A stretch of DNA of 64,000 bases from Phycisphaerae bacterium (GCA_963666835.2 CAXXGO010000006.1:1600001-1664000), one strand, 5' to 3'. Positions 49,002 to 59,623 are shown, counted from the first letter of the stretch. Notes: a model not told the origin generated them from the letters alone. Program-made: numbers and translations.

Positions 49002-49991
49002 TCACCCCTCAGTAGTAAGCAACACGGGGCGAGTATCCGTGGCGTAGCCCAACGTTCCGGACTCGTCGACCGGAACGATGACCACCTGCACGTACACCTG
49101 ACTCGCGGTGAACATCGAAACGTCCACATCCCAGAAGGCGACGGCATCTCCGGTCGCATCGGTGTAGATCTCTCCCATCCACAGAGGGTTGCTCTGTGCC
49201 GCCGCGTGATCCTCGCCGATCTTCACGTAGACATCGAAGCCGGTCTCGGGTACCGCGTACCTGAGCGTGGTCTTCACGGAAAGGAGCTCCCCCGCCGCGG
49301 GCTGAGCCTTGATGCAGCCGTACAGCTCCCCGCTGCCCCTTACATCTTCCGGATCCCCCTCCAACCGCTCATATAGCCCCATTGTCGTCTTGGTTCGGTC
49401 AGGGCGTCCATGAGTGGGGTGCGGGCCGCCCGGTAGCGCGGCCGACACGAATAAGATCAGTTCATTCTCGAACAAGTACTCCGCAGGATTCCAGAGCTCC
49501 ATGCGTTGCGTGTCGCAGCTCACGTCGGAACTGAGAACCAGCCACACCTTCGCGCCCACGCCGAAGTTGTCGTCGTATACGGCGGGAAGATCGCCGGTTT
49601 CCAGGGAGTTGTTGATGTGGACATTGCCGAATTCATCGGCCGTGCCGCTTCCCAGGCAGATCAGACCCTGTCCCGGCCACGGGTCCGGATAATAGATGAG
49701 GGTATAGTCAGCCTCCGGTACCATCCCGTGGGCGTTGAAGGTGAATTTAAACAGCGGGCCGGACCTCGCATAGTGCAGTTTTCCCCACGCGCCGTCCTCC
49801 ACAACTTCCCACGTCGCGGGGTCCTTTTCGTACAGATCCACGTGCCGGGTGTGAGCATGGTTCCAGGGTTGCACGGCAGGCATCTTATGCCGCTTGCGGC
49901 TCGGACCCCGTTCGTCTCCGGCGAAAGCCTGGACACCCATCGCGCCGACCAAGGCTCCCACACTGACAAGTAACGCAATCTTCTTCAACAT
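49002..49991 (-). CDS. Secreted hypothetical protein
   Basis: RBS AGGAGGTGA, signal peptide ending AFA, globular composition. Confidence 0.75.
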   Translation of the reverse strand: MLKKIALLVSVGALVGAMGVQAFAGDERGPSRKRHKMPAVQPWNHAHTRHVDLYEKDPATWEVVEDGAWGKLHYARSGPLFKFTFNAHGMVPEADYTLIYYPDPWPGQGLICLGSGTADEFGNVHINNSLETGDLPAVYDDNFGVGAKVWLVLSSDVSCDTQRMELWNPAEYLFENELILFVSAALPGGPHPTHGRPDRTKTTMGLYERLEGDPEDVRGSGELYGCIKAQPAAGELLSVKTTLRYAVPETGFDVYVKIGEDHAAAQSNPLWMGEIYTDATGDAVAFWDVDVSMFTASQVYVQVVIVPVDESGTLGYATDTRPVLLTTEG

Positions 49992-50295
49992 CTGATCACC
50001 TCCTACGTAACTCCGCTGTTCAGTGAAACTCATGGATTACTAACGCCTTTGCTCGCGTGTGTGTGACCGCTTCGTTTACCCGCTCACCTCGCTCCGTTAC
50101 CCCGTCTGCCGAAAGTAGATGCCGCGAGCTCTACGAACAAGATTAATCAGAGGACGCTTATTATCGGCCTCGTGATTCGTGTCGGTGGCTGCACCTTCAG
50201 GCAGTGTGGCGGTTGAGGGCGGCGGCGGGCAAGGCGCGGCGGTGAGCGGCCGATGGATTAACTGAGCCCGAGAACAGTTGCGGAAGGAGTGTCGG

Positions 50296-50934
50296 ATGAG
50301 CGTGTTCGTTTGTATCCCCACCGCGAGCGATATTCGCAGCGAGACGACCGAAGCGGCGTTCCGGATTTGCGCCCGGCATGCCGGCGGGGCGGAATTCCGG
50401 GCGGTGCATGCCCAGCCTACGGACTTCTGCCGGAACGAGTGTGTCCGGCTCTTCTTGGCTTCTCCGCATAGGCACATGCTGTTCATCGACAGCGATGTGG
50501 TTCCGCCCGACGATGCTCTGGAGGTGATGCTGGCCGCCGGCCGACCTGTCGTCTGCGGGATCTACCCGCTCATGCTGGCCCACTCTACGATCTGCACGTC
50601 CGTCGCGCGGCGCGGTGCGAACGGTACGTATGACTTCCTGGGCGATTTCGAGAGCGAACCCTTCGAGGTGGACGCCGGGGGGATGGGGTGCTGCCTGATT
50701 GAGCGGTCGGTTCTCGAGGGGATGGAGTTTCCCTGGTTCAAGTTCGAGCAAAGGACCGATTGCAGGCTGATCGGCGAGGATGTGTACTTCTTCGAGAAAG
50801 CGGCGAAGCAGGGCTACCGACCTCTGGTCGTCCCGCAGATTCAGTGCTCACACCTGAGAACCGTGGATTTGCTGGATGTAATCCGCGCTGTCCATAAGTC
50901 CAGAAGTCAACGCTGCGAACCGGTTGGCGTATAG
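50296..50934 (+). CDS. GT-A fold (GT2-like) glycosyltransferase
   Basis: CRN, FIDSD (DxD), GMGCCLI, PWF, GEDVYF; RBS AAGGAG. Confidence 0.75.
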   Translation: MSVFVCIPTASDIRSETTEAAFRICARHAGGAEFRAVHAQPTDFCRNECVRLFLASPHRHMLFIDSDVVPPDDALEVMLAAGRPVVCGIYPLMLAHSTICTSVARRGANGTYDFLGDFESEPFEVDAGGMGCCLIERSVLEGMEFPWFKFEQRTDCRLIGEDVYFFEKAAKQGYRPLVVPQIQCSHLRTVDLLDVIRAVHKSRSQRCEPVGV

Positions 50935-50965
50935 CCCGGATGGAGCGTACGTTTCGATACCACTC

Positions 50966-50995
50966 GTAGGGCACGGTCGAGGTACGAGACCTGCC
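50966..50995 (+). repeat. GTAG-type REP, same family as 4508-4594
   Basis: GTAGGGCACGGTCGAGGTACGAGACCTGCC. Confidence 0.8.
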
Positions 50996-51078
50996 ACGAA
51001 GGCGTGGCCCGGAAAGACAAACCTGGGGCCGGCAGAATGTCAGGGTACGGGCCAGCAGTCGGGTGGCCCATCGCTTTA

Positions 51079-51195
51079 GGGCCTGTCGGTTTATTCGAAA
51101 TCGAGCGCACGAGTTGGCTGTCAAGAATGACAACCTATGTTCTGGCTCCGAGCCAACCATCTAAATCTCGCGAAACTGATTAAACCGACGCCCCC
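51079..51195. mobile_element. 117-bp MITE-like element inserted into a REP-like repeat
   Basis: Ends GGGCCTGTCGGTTTA / TAAACCGACGCCCCC (12/15 inverted match), flanked by TTTA on both sides; interrupts GGGTGGCCCATCGCTTTAGCGGTGGGGGA. Confidence 0.75.
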
Positions 51196-51331
51196 TTTAG
51201 CGGTGGGGGACTTGAAGAGACAAAGATTTGTCACCGCCGTATTAGAATCCGTAAGCCGTCACACGTATGGCACGTGCATCTAATGGATAGCACCTCTTCG
51301 GGGAAGGCTGCACGCCAACACTTGGTTGGTT

Positions 51332-51360
51332 GGGTGGCCCATCGCTTTGGCGGTGGGGGA
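51332..51360 (+). repeat. Uninterrupted copy of the GGGTGGCCCATCGCTTTRGCGGTGGGGGA repeat
   Basis: One mismatch to 41437-41465. Confidence 0.8.
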
Positions 51361-51490
51361 TTCGCCGCCGCAAGAGAGCCGCGTCGCGCATTTGAGTCGA
51401 GCGTTTCGACCCGCGGACGCGGACGAGCCCCGTACTTCTATACGCCCAAGTAGGGGCGCACGAGCTACGTCCGGAATCGAGGCCTACAAG

Positions 51491-51886
51491 TCAACGGCTA
51501 TGTACCATGACCGCCCACAGGACCACATAGGGTGCAACGAAAAGGAACAACGAGTAGGCCGAGATAATACCAGCACGAACGAGTCCGGTCTTGATTATCC
51601 GGCTGATGACCACAGTAGTGGCCAAGAACGCCAAAACGAGACCTTGAGGCAGTCCACCAAACGATATGAGGTAGGGCCCGGGAGGAAACATCGCCACGGC
51701 AACCCTGAGCGCGATCGCACATGCTACGTAGATGATCACGCAGGCCACCACGCAACGCGAATACGATGGGGGCTGTCCCCGCGTCACGCTCTTGCTCGCG
51801 AATTGCAGCACAAACGGGGCAACAGCAAGGCAGTACACAAACCACAGTTGGCTGGGGCTAGATGTCCAATACACGCCGGGAGTCAA
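51491..51886 (-). CDS. Possible small membrane protein
   Basis: About four hydrophobic segments; TTG start, no recognisable motif. Confidence 0.4.
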   Translation of the reverse strand: MTPGVYWTSSPSQLWFVYCLAVAPFVLQFASKSVTRGQPPSYSRCVVACVIIYVACAIALRVAVAMFPPGPYLISFGGLPQGLVLAFLATTVVISRIIKTGLVRAGIISAYSLFLFVAPYVVLWAVMVHSR

Positions 51887-52247
51887 CTCCGTATTCCCCG
51901 AGGTTCTCCAGTCTTCAGCTTGGAAGTCAACATCGTACCCGGCCGGTCCGGCCGACTCAAACTGAGGTATCCTCTCAGGAGAAGCGTTCCGACATCCGTG
52001 TCACCGGGCTCGCGCCGGGTGCTCCGATCGGCCCACGGTCGGTCGACGTGTTCCCTGATTCACCGGTTGCGCAGAGGTTCGTACCGGGAACGCTATGGGC
52101 ACTCCGCGACTTTGATACCGCTTGCGCTGGCTCTGGGACGAGTTGGTGGTATTATCGGGCTCGGCGTTGGAATGTCGCAGGGACATGCGTTCGCGAGTCA
52201 GGCCGAGCGCGATGATCCGCATAAGAACAGGGTTGCGGGAGCATTGA

Positions 52248-53480
52248 ATGACCGAATTCGTGCATGACACGCTGCCGTGCGGGATCGAGTATGCCGTCCG
52301 GCCTCTTCCCCGGCGGCACCTGGTCTGTTTCCAGCTTCGCGTGCTTGCCGGAACGTCCGGGGAGCCGGCGGACAAGCTCGGCATGGCTCGTCTGGCGGAA
52401 GAGACCATCACAAAGGGCACCGCTCGCCGCGGCGGGCGAGAGCTGTCTGACGCCTTCGATACGATCGGGGCGGGGCGCAGCTCCGGGACGGGGCGGGAGA
52501 CGACCACGTTCAACTGTTCGGTGCTGCCCGAGCACTTCGAACGGGCCGTGGCCTTGCATGCCGAGTTCCTCCGCACTCCGACGTTCCCCCAGGACGCCTT
52601 TGTGGTGAACGTGGACCTGACCCATCAGGAGCTGCTGGCGTTGGAGGACGACGCCCATAGTCTGCTCGGCAAGCTGCTGGATCGGCAAGCATTAGGTTCG
52701 GTGCTGGGCCGGCATCCGCTTGGCGAGAACGAGACGCTCGCGGCCATCTCACGCGATGACGTCGAGGACCACTGGCGGGCGAGCTTTCACGCCGGGCGCA
52801 TGCTGCTGGCCGTCTCTGGGGCGATTGAGCCGGAGACCGTTGCGAGAGTGTTCGAGGAGCAGTTTGCCGGCTTCGGCGACTCCCGGCCGGCGGGCCGTTC
52901 CCCTGCGGTTGTAGAGTTCACACCCGGGCGGTTCCATCACCACAAGGAGCTGGAACAGCAGCAGATGGGAATCAGTTGGCCCGGCGTGGACGCGACCCAC
53001 GACGACTACCCGGTACAGCAGGTAACCCTGGGGATTCTGTCCGGGGGGATGAGCTGCCGGCTGTTCACGGAGGTTCGAGAGAAGCAGGGTTTGGTCTATT
53101 GGGTAAGCGCCTGGCACGAAACGCCGCGCGGAACGGGGCTGATCTTCATGGGGGCTTCCACCACGCCGGACCGTTGTGACAAGACGTACTCGACACTTCT
53201 GCGTGAGGTGGACCGCCTGGCCGAGGATCTTGAACAGGACGAACTGGATCGGGCGATTACGGGTATCGTCGCCGCGCGGGAAACTCGCGGAGACCGCACG
53301 CGGGCTCAATGTTCGGAGCTGGCGAACGACTTGTTCTACTTCGGCAGGCCCGTCTCTTCCGAAGAGCGGATCGCCAAGATCGAAGCGGTGACGATGGCGG
53401 ACGTCCGTCGTTATCTATCCGGCTATCCGCGGGACCGACTGTGTGTAGTTACCCTCGGTCCTAGGCCCCTCGAGGGGTAA
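52248..53480 (+). CDS. M16 family peptidase, non-catalytic subunit
   Basis: GMARLAEE in place of HxxEH; RLFTEVREKQGLVY. Confidence 0.88.
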   Translation: MTEFVHDTLPCGIEYAVRPLPRRHLVCFQLRVLAGTSGEPADKLGMARLAEETITKGTARRGGRELSDAFDTIGAGRSSGTGRETTTFNCSVLPEHFERAVALHAEFLRTPTFPQDAFVVNVDLTHQELLALEDDAHSLLGKLLDRQALGSVLGRHPLGENETLAAISRDDVEDHWRASFHAGRMLLAVSGAIEPETVARVFEEQFAGFGDSRPAGRSPAVVEFTPGRFHHHKELEQQQMGISWPGVDATHDDYPVQQVTLGILSGGMSCRLFTEVREKQGLVYWVSAWHETPRGTGLIFMGASTTPDRCDKTYSTLLREVDRLAEDLEQDELDRAITGIVAARETRGDRTRAQCSELANDLFYFGRPVSSEERIAKIEAVTMADVRRYLSGYPRDRLCVVTLGPRPLEG

Positions 53481-53572
53481 GAAAGGAAGGCCGCTACGGT
53501 GGCGGTCTCCGTTCATGAGGAAGGGGCGAAGCAAGAGGTTTAGTTTCTCATTAATGCGCGGGGCGGTGATAC

Positions 53573-54814
53573 TTGAACGATCCATACACGTTACACACGC
53601 TTGACAACGGTCTACGCATCGTGATCGAGAAGATGCCCGATGTCCGCAGCGCCGCGGCGGGGTTTCTCGTCCGCACCGGTGCGCGCGATGAAGTCGCCGA
53701 GCTGGCCGGCGTGTCGCATTTCCTTGAGCACATGATGTTCAAGGGTACTTCGCGACGAAGCTGGCGGGATATCACAATCGACTTCGATCGGATGGGCAGC
53801 TTGTACAACGCCTTCACGAGCGAGGATCGCACCGTTTATTACGGCTGGGTGCGCCGGGCCGACATCGGCCGGCAGATCGAACTGCTCGCCGACATGATCC
53901 GTTCGACCCTGCCCGGTGAAGAGTTCGACATGGAGAAGAATGTCGTGCTCGAAGAGATCGCTATGGCCAAGGACCAATTGGAGCACCTGGCGTTCGACTT
54001 CCTTCAGGAGAAGGTCTTCGCCGGGCACCCGTTGGCCTGGCCGGTGCTGGGTTACGAGAAGACCGTCAGCGACCTCACCCGGGACGCCATGTGGGACTAC
54101 TTCTGCGAGCGATACTCTCCTGACAACATGCTCCTCATCGTAGCCGGGGACGTTGACGAAGGGGAGATTATAGGGCTGGCGGAGGCTCATTGTGGGGCCT
54201 GGACGGCATCGGGAACGACTTCCCGCCGAGAAGTTCCCACGATTCACTCGGGCGTCGACTCGTTACGGTTGGACCGGTTCAAGCAGCAGTTTGTGGCTTT
54301 GACGTACCCGGCGGTCAGCTCCGCGGACGAGCGGTCGGAGACCGCGTCTGCGGCCGCCACCATTCTGGGCGGGGAGAACTCCCGCTTTTACTGGGATATA
54401 ATACAGACGGGCTTGAGTTCGCGAGCGGGGGTGTACCACCTGGACTATCCGGATTGTGGAGCGATGTTGCTGTACGGAACCTGCCCGCCGGAGGGTACGG
54501 AGCGTCTTTTGGAAGCAATGCGGGCCGAAGCGAAACAAATCTGTGGGGAGCGGGTACAAGAGCATGAGGTCGCCCGCGTAAAGAACCGGCGTCGGACCTC
54601 ATTGGCGGCCGAGTGCGAAGCGCCTTATTATCGTCTCACGCAGTTGATGGAGGACATGGAGAGCCGTGGAGCGCCGCGCACCGTAGAGCAGACTCTGGCG
54701 GAGGTCGATGCCGTTACCGCGGATTCTATCCACGAATACCTCGAGGCTTTCCCAATTGACGGGGCGGGCCATTTGACGGTCGTGGGGCCTGGGGAGTGGG
54801 CCGGGCAAGGGTGA
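53573..54814 (+). CDS. M16 family zinc peptidase, catalytic subunit
   Basis: GVSHFLEHMMFKGT, NAFTS, EKNVVLEE. Confidence 0.92.
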   Translation: MNDPYTLHTLDNGLRIVIEKMPDVRSAAAGFLVRTGARDEVAELAGVSHFLEHMMFKGTSRRSWRDITIDFDRMGSLYNAFTSEDRTVYYGWVRRADIGRQIELLADMIRSTLPGEEFDMEKNVVLEEIAMAKDQLEHLAFDFLQEKVFAGHPLAWPVLGYEKTVSDLTRDAMWDYFCERYSPDNMLLIVAGDVDEGEIIGLAEAHCGAWTASGTTSRREVPTIHSGVDSLRLDRFKQQFVALTYPAVSSADERSETASAAATILGGENSRFYWDIIQTGLSSRAGVYHLDYPDCGAMLLYGTCPPEGTERLLEAMRAEAKQICGERVQEHEVARVKNRRRTSLAAECEAPYYRLTQLMEDMESRGAPRTVEQTLAEVDAVTADSIHEYLEAFPIDGAGHLTVVGPGEWAGQG

Positions 54815-54924
54815 GCCGCCAAGGGGCGCGGGGACGTGATTCGGTGTTAGAATGCCGATCACGACAATGAAACACTGTCCGGAGGGGCATGTCGCTGCTT
54901 TTTTCGGCCTGCGACGGATTTGAT

Positions 54925-55773
54925 ATGGGTAACGCAGAACCGCTGGATATCAAGGTCATCTACAGCTCTTCGTCCCGCCCGCGCAAGGTGCGCCGCAAGG
55001 CTGCGCCGCCGCCACCGAAAGAGAAGAAGCCCCCGCCACCGCCCAAAGCCAAAAAGAGTGGCAGATCGCCATCGTCCGGAGTGCTTCTGGGTTTCGTCAC
55101 CTTGGGCGTGGCCGGCCTGCTTGCGTACGTCACTTGGTGGCAGATAGACAGTTTCCTCTATCGCACGATGGCGATGAAGACGCCTATTCCCGGTGTGGAT
55201 CTCAATCAGGTCGCTGGGATGATTGCTCCGGCGGCGTCCTCGGGGGCACCGCCGGCCGCCGCCGCGCCTGTCGCGCCCGGGGGCCTTGATGCGACGGCGT
55301 CGATAATCTTGGCGGCGTACTCATGGCTGACGTGCGCGACGATTGCGTCTTGTGTTCTGGCGTTTTCCGGCGGGGCTCTGCTTGGTCGGGCGGGCGGCTC
55401 GGCTTTGCGTTTGGTTGGCACGCTCGTGGCGGTCGGTGGCGCTGGATGGTTGGCGTGGGAGGTCTACCGTGACCTGACTGATTTCGGTTCGGGATACCCC
55501 CCGAACCACCTCCGAGCGGGCTGGTGCGCTTTTGTTGTGGTCATGGCGTTTGTCGGCCTGGCGTGGGGGCGAAACGTCCGAGGTCTCACTCGGCTGGCCG
55601 CGCTTGCCCTGATCGTATCGGCTCTGGTCACAGTTGCGGGCTTGTACGTCGGAGGGCAGCACGACGCCCTCTCGCCTGAACGAACGACGTCGACCTACAT
55701 GATTACGGCCTTCGTGGTTCACTCGCTGTACGGTTGGATTCTCCTGCCGATATCGTTCCGGATTCGCCAATAG
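54925..55773 (+). CDS. Hypothetical multi-pass membrane protein with Lys/Pro-rich N-terminus
   Basis: Several TM segments; start uncertain. Confidence 0.65.
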   Translation: MGNAEPLDIKVIYSSSSRPRKVRRKAAPPPPKEKKPPPPPKAKKSGRSPSSGVLLGFVTLGVAGLLAYVTWWQIDSFLYRTMAMKTPIPGVDLNQVAGMIAPAASSGAPPAAAAPVAPGGLDATASIILAAYSWLTCATIASCVLAFSGGALLGRAGGSALRLVGTLVAVGGAGWLAWEVYRDLTDFGSGYPPNHLRAGWCAFVVVMAFVGLAWGRNVRGLTRLAALALIVSALVTVAGLYVGGQHDALSPERTTSTYMITAFVVHSLYGWILLPISFRIRQ

Positions 55774-55823
55774 GCTTGCAGAGGTTGCCAGCCGGTGACG
55801 GCGTGGTATCTTGCAGGCGGCGC

Positions 55824-55897
55824 GGGCGATTAGCTCAGTTGGCCAGAGCGCCGCCCTTACAAGGCGGAAGTCACAGGTTCAAGTCCTGTATCGCCCA
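55824..55897 (+). tRNA. tRNA-Val (anticodon TAC), CCA not encoded
   Basis: GGGCGAT/ATCGCCC acceptor stem, CCGCC-CTTACAA-GGCGG anticodon arm, GGTTCAAGTCC T-arm. Confidence 0.96.
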
Positions 55898-56079
55898 GTT
55901 TCGAGTTTCGTTGGCGGTTCGTATCTGCGGATCGCCAAGGCTCGGATGCTCCCTAATCGCGGATCGTTCGCCGGGGTGTGCGGTCCGACACGTGCTGCGG
56001 TTGCTGAGAATACTGACTTGGTCGGCGGTTGAAGATTGCGCACCCCCCCCAGAAAATAGGTGACTGTCCCTAATTAAGA

Positions 56080-56118
56080 GAAAGCCGCCGGGCTCCGCTG
56101 GGGAGCCTGACGGCTTTC
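56080..56118 (-). terminator. Terminator downstream of dnaK (possibly bidirectional)
   Basis: GAAAGCCGCCGGGCTCC/GGAGCCTGACGGCTTTC stem. Confidence 0.7.
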
Positions 56119-56152
56119 GGCGCTACGAGCACCTGTGGGCCTCGGGGATGGC

Positions 56153-58066
56153 CTATTTACTGTCCTTGACCTCGAATTCGGCGTCGATCACATCGTCATC
56201 TTTGGGGGCTTCCGGCGCTTCGCCGGTCGGGGGCGGTCCGCCGGCCGCGGCTTGCTGCTTGGCAGCCTCCTCATAGATGATCTTCCCGATCGTCTGGGCA
56301 TCCTGCATCAAGGTCTCTTGGGCCTTCTTGATGGCCTCGGCATCGTCGCCCTTGAGGGTCTCGCGAAGCTGGTTGACCGCGGACTCCACCTTCGCCCTTT
56401 CATCGGCTGGGACCTTCTCGCCGTGCTCCTTGAGCTGCTGCTCAATCTGATAGGCGAGGTTCTCCGCTTCGTTGCGGGTCTTTATGAACTCGGCCTTCTT
56501 GAGATCGTCGGCCGCATGCACCTGGGCGTCCTTCTTCATCTTCTCGATCTCTTCGGCGGAGAGACCGCCGCTGCCTTCGATTCGGATGGACTGCTCCTTA
56601 CCAGTGGCTTTGTCTTTGGCCGAAACGCTGATGATCCCGTTGCGGTCGATGTCGAACGTGACCTCAATCTGCGGGATTCCGCGCGGCGCGGCCGCAATGC
56701 CGGTGAGGTTGAAACGCCCCAGCGTGCGGTTGTCGATCGCCATAGGCCGGTTGCCCTGCAGAACATGGATGGTCACTTCCGTCTGACCATCGGCCGCTGT
56801 GGAGAACGTCTCTGCCTTTGAGGTCGGGATGGTCGTGTTGGCCTCGATCAGCGGGGTGGCCACACCGCCGAGCGTTTCGACACCCAGTGTCAACGGGGTG
56901 ACATCGAGCAGGACGATATCCTCTTTGTCGCCGGCGAGCACGGCACCCTGAATCGCGGCCCCTACGGCCACGACCTCATCGGGGTTGATGCTGCGGTTCG
57001 GCTCTCGGCCGAAGATCTCCTTGCAAAGGGCCTGGACGGCGGGGATCCTTGTGGAACCGCCGACCAAGACCACGTCGTCAATGTCCTTGGCGGTGATCTT
57101 GGCTCCCTCGAGCACGTCCATGACCGGTTTGCGGCAGCGTTCGGTCAGCTTGTTGGTAAGCTGCTCGAACAGGCTGCGGGTCACCGTTACCTGGAGGTGC
57201 TTCGGTCCTGTCTCGGTAGCCGTGATGTACGGCAGGTTGATCGACGTTTCGAGGACGGTGGACAGCTCGCACTTGGCCTTCTCGGCGGCTTCTTTGAGCC
57301 GCTGCAGGGCCATCGGATCGTTCCGCAGATCAATACCCTCCTGCTTGCGGAACTCCTCGGCGAGATAGTGGATCAGCTCCTCGTCGTAGTCGTCGCCACC
57401 GAGGTGCCCGTCGCCGCTGGTGCTCTTGACCTCAAAAGTGCCGATCTCCGGATCGATTTCCAGGATCGAGACGTCGAAGGTCCCGCCACCAAGATCGAAG
57501 ACCGCAATCGTCTGCTCTTTCTTCTTGTCCAAGCCATAGGCCAGTGCGGCGGCGGTCGGCTCGTTGATGATCCGCTCGACGGCGAGCCCGGCGATTTCCC
57601 CGGCGTCCTTCGTGGCCTTTCTCTGGGAGTCGTTGAAGTATGCCGGGACCGTAATCACCGCGCGCTCGACCTTGTGACCGAGGTAGTCCTCGGCGGTTTT
57701 CTTGAGGTCCTGGAGGACCATGGCGCTGATCTCGGGCGGCGTATACTCCTTGCCGCGAACGTCGACCTTGACCAGTTCCTCCGGTCCACCGGCGATCTTG
57801 TACGGGACCATCTTCTCCTCGCTGGCAACTTCGTTGTGCCGGCGTCCCATGAACCGCTTGATGGAGTGGATGGTGTTTTCCGGGTTGGTTACTTGTTGGT
57901 GTCGGGCTACCTGCCCAACCAGGCGGTCGCCTTTGTCCGTGACCGCCACCACCGACGGAGTAAGGCGAAGCCCGTGGGCGTTGGTCAGTACCTTGGCCTG
58001 GTCGCCTTCCATGACCGCCACGACGGAGTTAGTCGTCCCCAAGTCGATTCCGATGATCTTCGACAT
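56153..58066 (-). CDS. dnaK: Chaperone DnaK (Hsp70)
   Basis: [51 protein letters not shown]. Confidence 0.97.
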   Translation of the reverse strand: MSKIIGIDLGTTNSVVAVMEGDQAKVLTNAHGLRLTPSVVAVTDKGDRLVGQVARHQQVTNPENTIHSIKRFMGRRHNEVASEEKMVPYKIAGGPEELVKVDVRGKEYTPPEISAMVLQDLKKTAEDYLGHKVERAVITVPAYFNDSQRKATKDAGEIAGLAVERIINEPTAAALAYGLDKKKEQTIAVFDLGGGTFDVSILEIDPEIGTFEVKSTSGDGHLGGDDYDEELIHYLAEEFRKQEGIDLRNDPMALQRLKEAAEKAKCELSTVLETSINLPYITATETGPKHLQVTVTRSLFEQLTNKLTERCRKPVMDVLEGAKITAKDIDDVVLVGGSTRIPAVQALCKEIFGREPNRSINPDEVVAVGAAIQGAVLAGDKEDIVLLDVTPLTLGVETLGGVATPLIEANTTIPTSKAETFSTAADGQTEVTIHVLQGNRPMAIDNRTLGRFNLTGIAAAPRGIPQIEVTFDIDRNGIISVSAKDKATGKEQSIRIEGSGGLSAEEIEKMKKDAQVHAADDLKKAEFIKTRNEAENLAYQIEQQLKEHGEKVPADERAKVESAVNQLRETLKGDDAEAIKKAQETLMQDAQTIGKIIYEEAAKQQAAAGGPPPTGEAPEAPKDDDVIDAEFEVKDSK

Positions 58067-58132
58067 CCGATTCTCCTTCATCTCCTGAAGCGCGCCGCCA
58101 AACGACACGCCGAGTAATCCGCAATACCGGTG

Positions 58133-58148
58133 AGCAGACGGCGTGCCA
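58133..58148 (-). promoter_or_regulatory. Sigma54-type -24/-12 promoter of dnaK
   Basis: TGGCAC-GCCGT-CTGCT (GG-N10-GC). Confidence 0.65.
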
Positions 58149-58487
58149 GCTTCGCCTGACGATTCAGCCCTGTAAACTACTTAATAGCAGAAAGTTATGG
58201 GTGGCAGATTCGGGCGGCATCCGTGGTCTGCCAACGTGACAGGTTTACGGACTGCGGATTTGGCACGTTGGCAGAGGAAAACGCGGTGTCGGAGGGCGGT
58301 TGGATCCAGTGTGCGGGAAGCGGGCCGTCAGCCACCTTGCTTCCCATTATCACGTGGAGACGAGGCCAGCCGAGTTCTAATGGAGACGGGCGGAGAGACA
58401 CGGTGAGATTGTCAAGGTGAAGCCGGAGAGCTATAGACCCGGGAGAGGTACGGGGTTTCTGCCGAATGAGCCTTTTCCGGGACAATA

Positions 58488-58826
58488 ATGATGATCCAGG
58501 ATGTGCTACAGAGGATTGACTTCGCGGATGGCGAGATCGTCGAGTATCGAGTTGTTGGTGCGCGCTTGGAGATGAGATTTCGCGATTGGAGGGAGAAGTT
58601 GTGGGACATTTCGTTTCATGATGTTGCAGCGGTTGAATCGTACTGCTTCTGTGCCGAATTGGGAGGAGCCCGCTTCGACCTCGATGACGGGTTCGCCCAT
58701 CGTACCGCCCAGTCTGCCGGTGGTGAGGAGGAAACCGGATTGACGTGCGTTTCGTTTGATGGTGCTTCGGAGAATAGGCCGGTTTTGCGCCTACTCGCCC
58801 GGGGCTGCGAGGTGGTAGAACATTGA
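58488..58826 (+). CDS. Small hypothetical protein
   Basis: 112-aa ORF with globular composition filling an intergenic gap. Confidence 0.5.
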   Translation: MMIQDVLQRIDFADGEIVEYRVVGARLEMRFRDWREKLWDISFHDVAAVESYCFCAELGGARFDLDDGFAHRTAQSAGGEEETGLTCVSFDGASENRPVLRLLARGCEVVEH

Positions 58827-59140
58827 GAACACTGCGCTGGCAGCGAGCTACGCGCTTGCTGAGTGCGACAGGGCATCCGTAGGGCACCACTTCGTAAAAT
58901 CCAGCGGCGGGCGGATGCCGGGGAGCCCGGAATCCGGCGGTCACGCGCATTCTGCCCTTCGGACGCCGGGGGCGGATCGCCCACAAGCGTCGCAACCCCA
59001 GTTCTGACAATGCCTTAAGGTGCAGAAGTCCGGGGAGATTCTCCGGGGCGGTTTGGGCCCGCTCGGATCACTTTGACTCACGCCCGACGACACTGAATTC
59101 TTGGGTTGGGCCTCGCCATTGGCCGATAAACTAACAGATT

Positions 59141-59623
59141 ATGGCCACCGAACCGTTTGAAACCGCCGAGGCCCACGGCGTCCCCACCGTGCGCCAGCAG
59201 TCCATCTTCGTGGAGAACCGCATCGGGCAGCTTCTGCAACTGACGAGGCTGTTCGACAACGCGGACATTCGCATCCTGGCCGTCTCGGTCGTTTACTCGG
59301 TCGATTGTGCGATCTGCCGGATGATCCTCGATGATCCGGACCGGGCCTGCGAGGCATTGAGCGATGCCCGCTTCCAGGTCAGCGAGTCTGAACTTCTCGT
59401 GGTTAGTCTCCCGCACGGGCGGAGGGCGTTGTTGGGAACCTGGGCGGCTTTGCTCGGGGGTGAGATCAACATTCATTATGCCTATCCGCTCCTGATCCAT
59501 CCTCGCGGGTGTGCCGCCTTGGCGATTGTCCCCGACAGCATCGAGCAGGCGGTGGTGGTGCTGCGCGAGCGGGGGTACGACGTGCTCGACGAACAGGACC
59601 TGTTCGACGTCCGCAACGAGTAG
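59141..59623 (+). CDS. Tandem ACT-domain protein
   Basis: Q.SIFVENRIGQL, INIHYAYP. Confidence 0.85.
   Translation: MATEPFETAEAHGVPTVRQQSIFVENRIGQLLQLTRLFDNADIRILAVSVVYSVDCAICRMILDDPDRACEALSDARFQVSESELLVVSLPHGRRALLGTWAALLGGEINIHYAYPLLIHPRGCAALAIVPDSIEQAVVVLRERGYDVLDEQDLFDVRNE

Noticed and set aside
51326..52267. 313-aa plus-strand ORF
   Set aside because: Starts inside a repeat and has no protein-like features; the minus-strand hydrophobic ORF is more plausible
55824..55897. tRNA-Val as an integration site
   Set aside because: No duplicated tRNA 3' end and no integrase in the window
56135..58117. Long plus-strand ORFs opposite dnaK
   Set aside because: Well-known antisense ORF artefact of GC-rich dnaK genes
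59122..59129. GCCGATAA sigma28 -10 boxes (also near 29447 and 50161)
   Set aside because: No matching -35 element at the expected spacing
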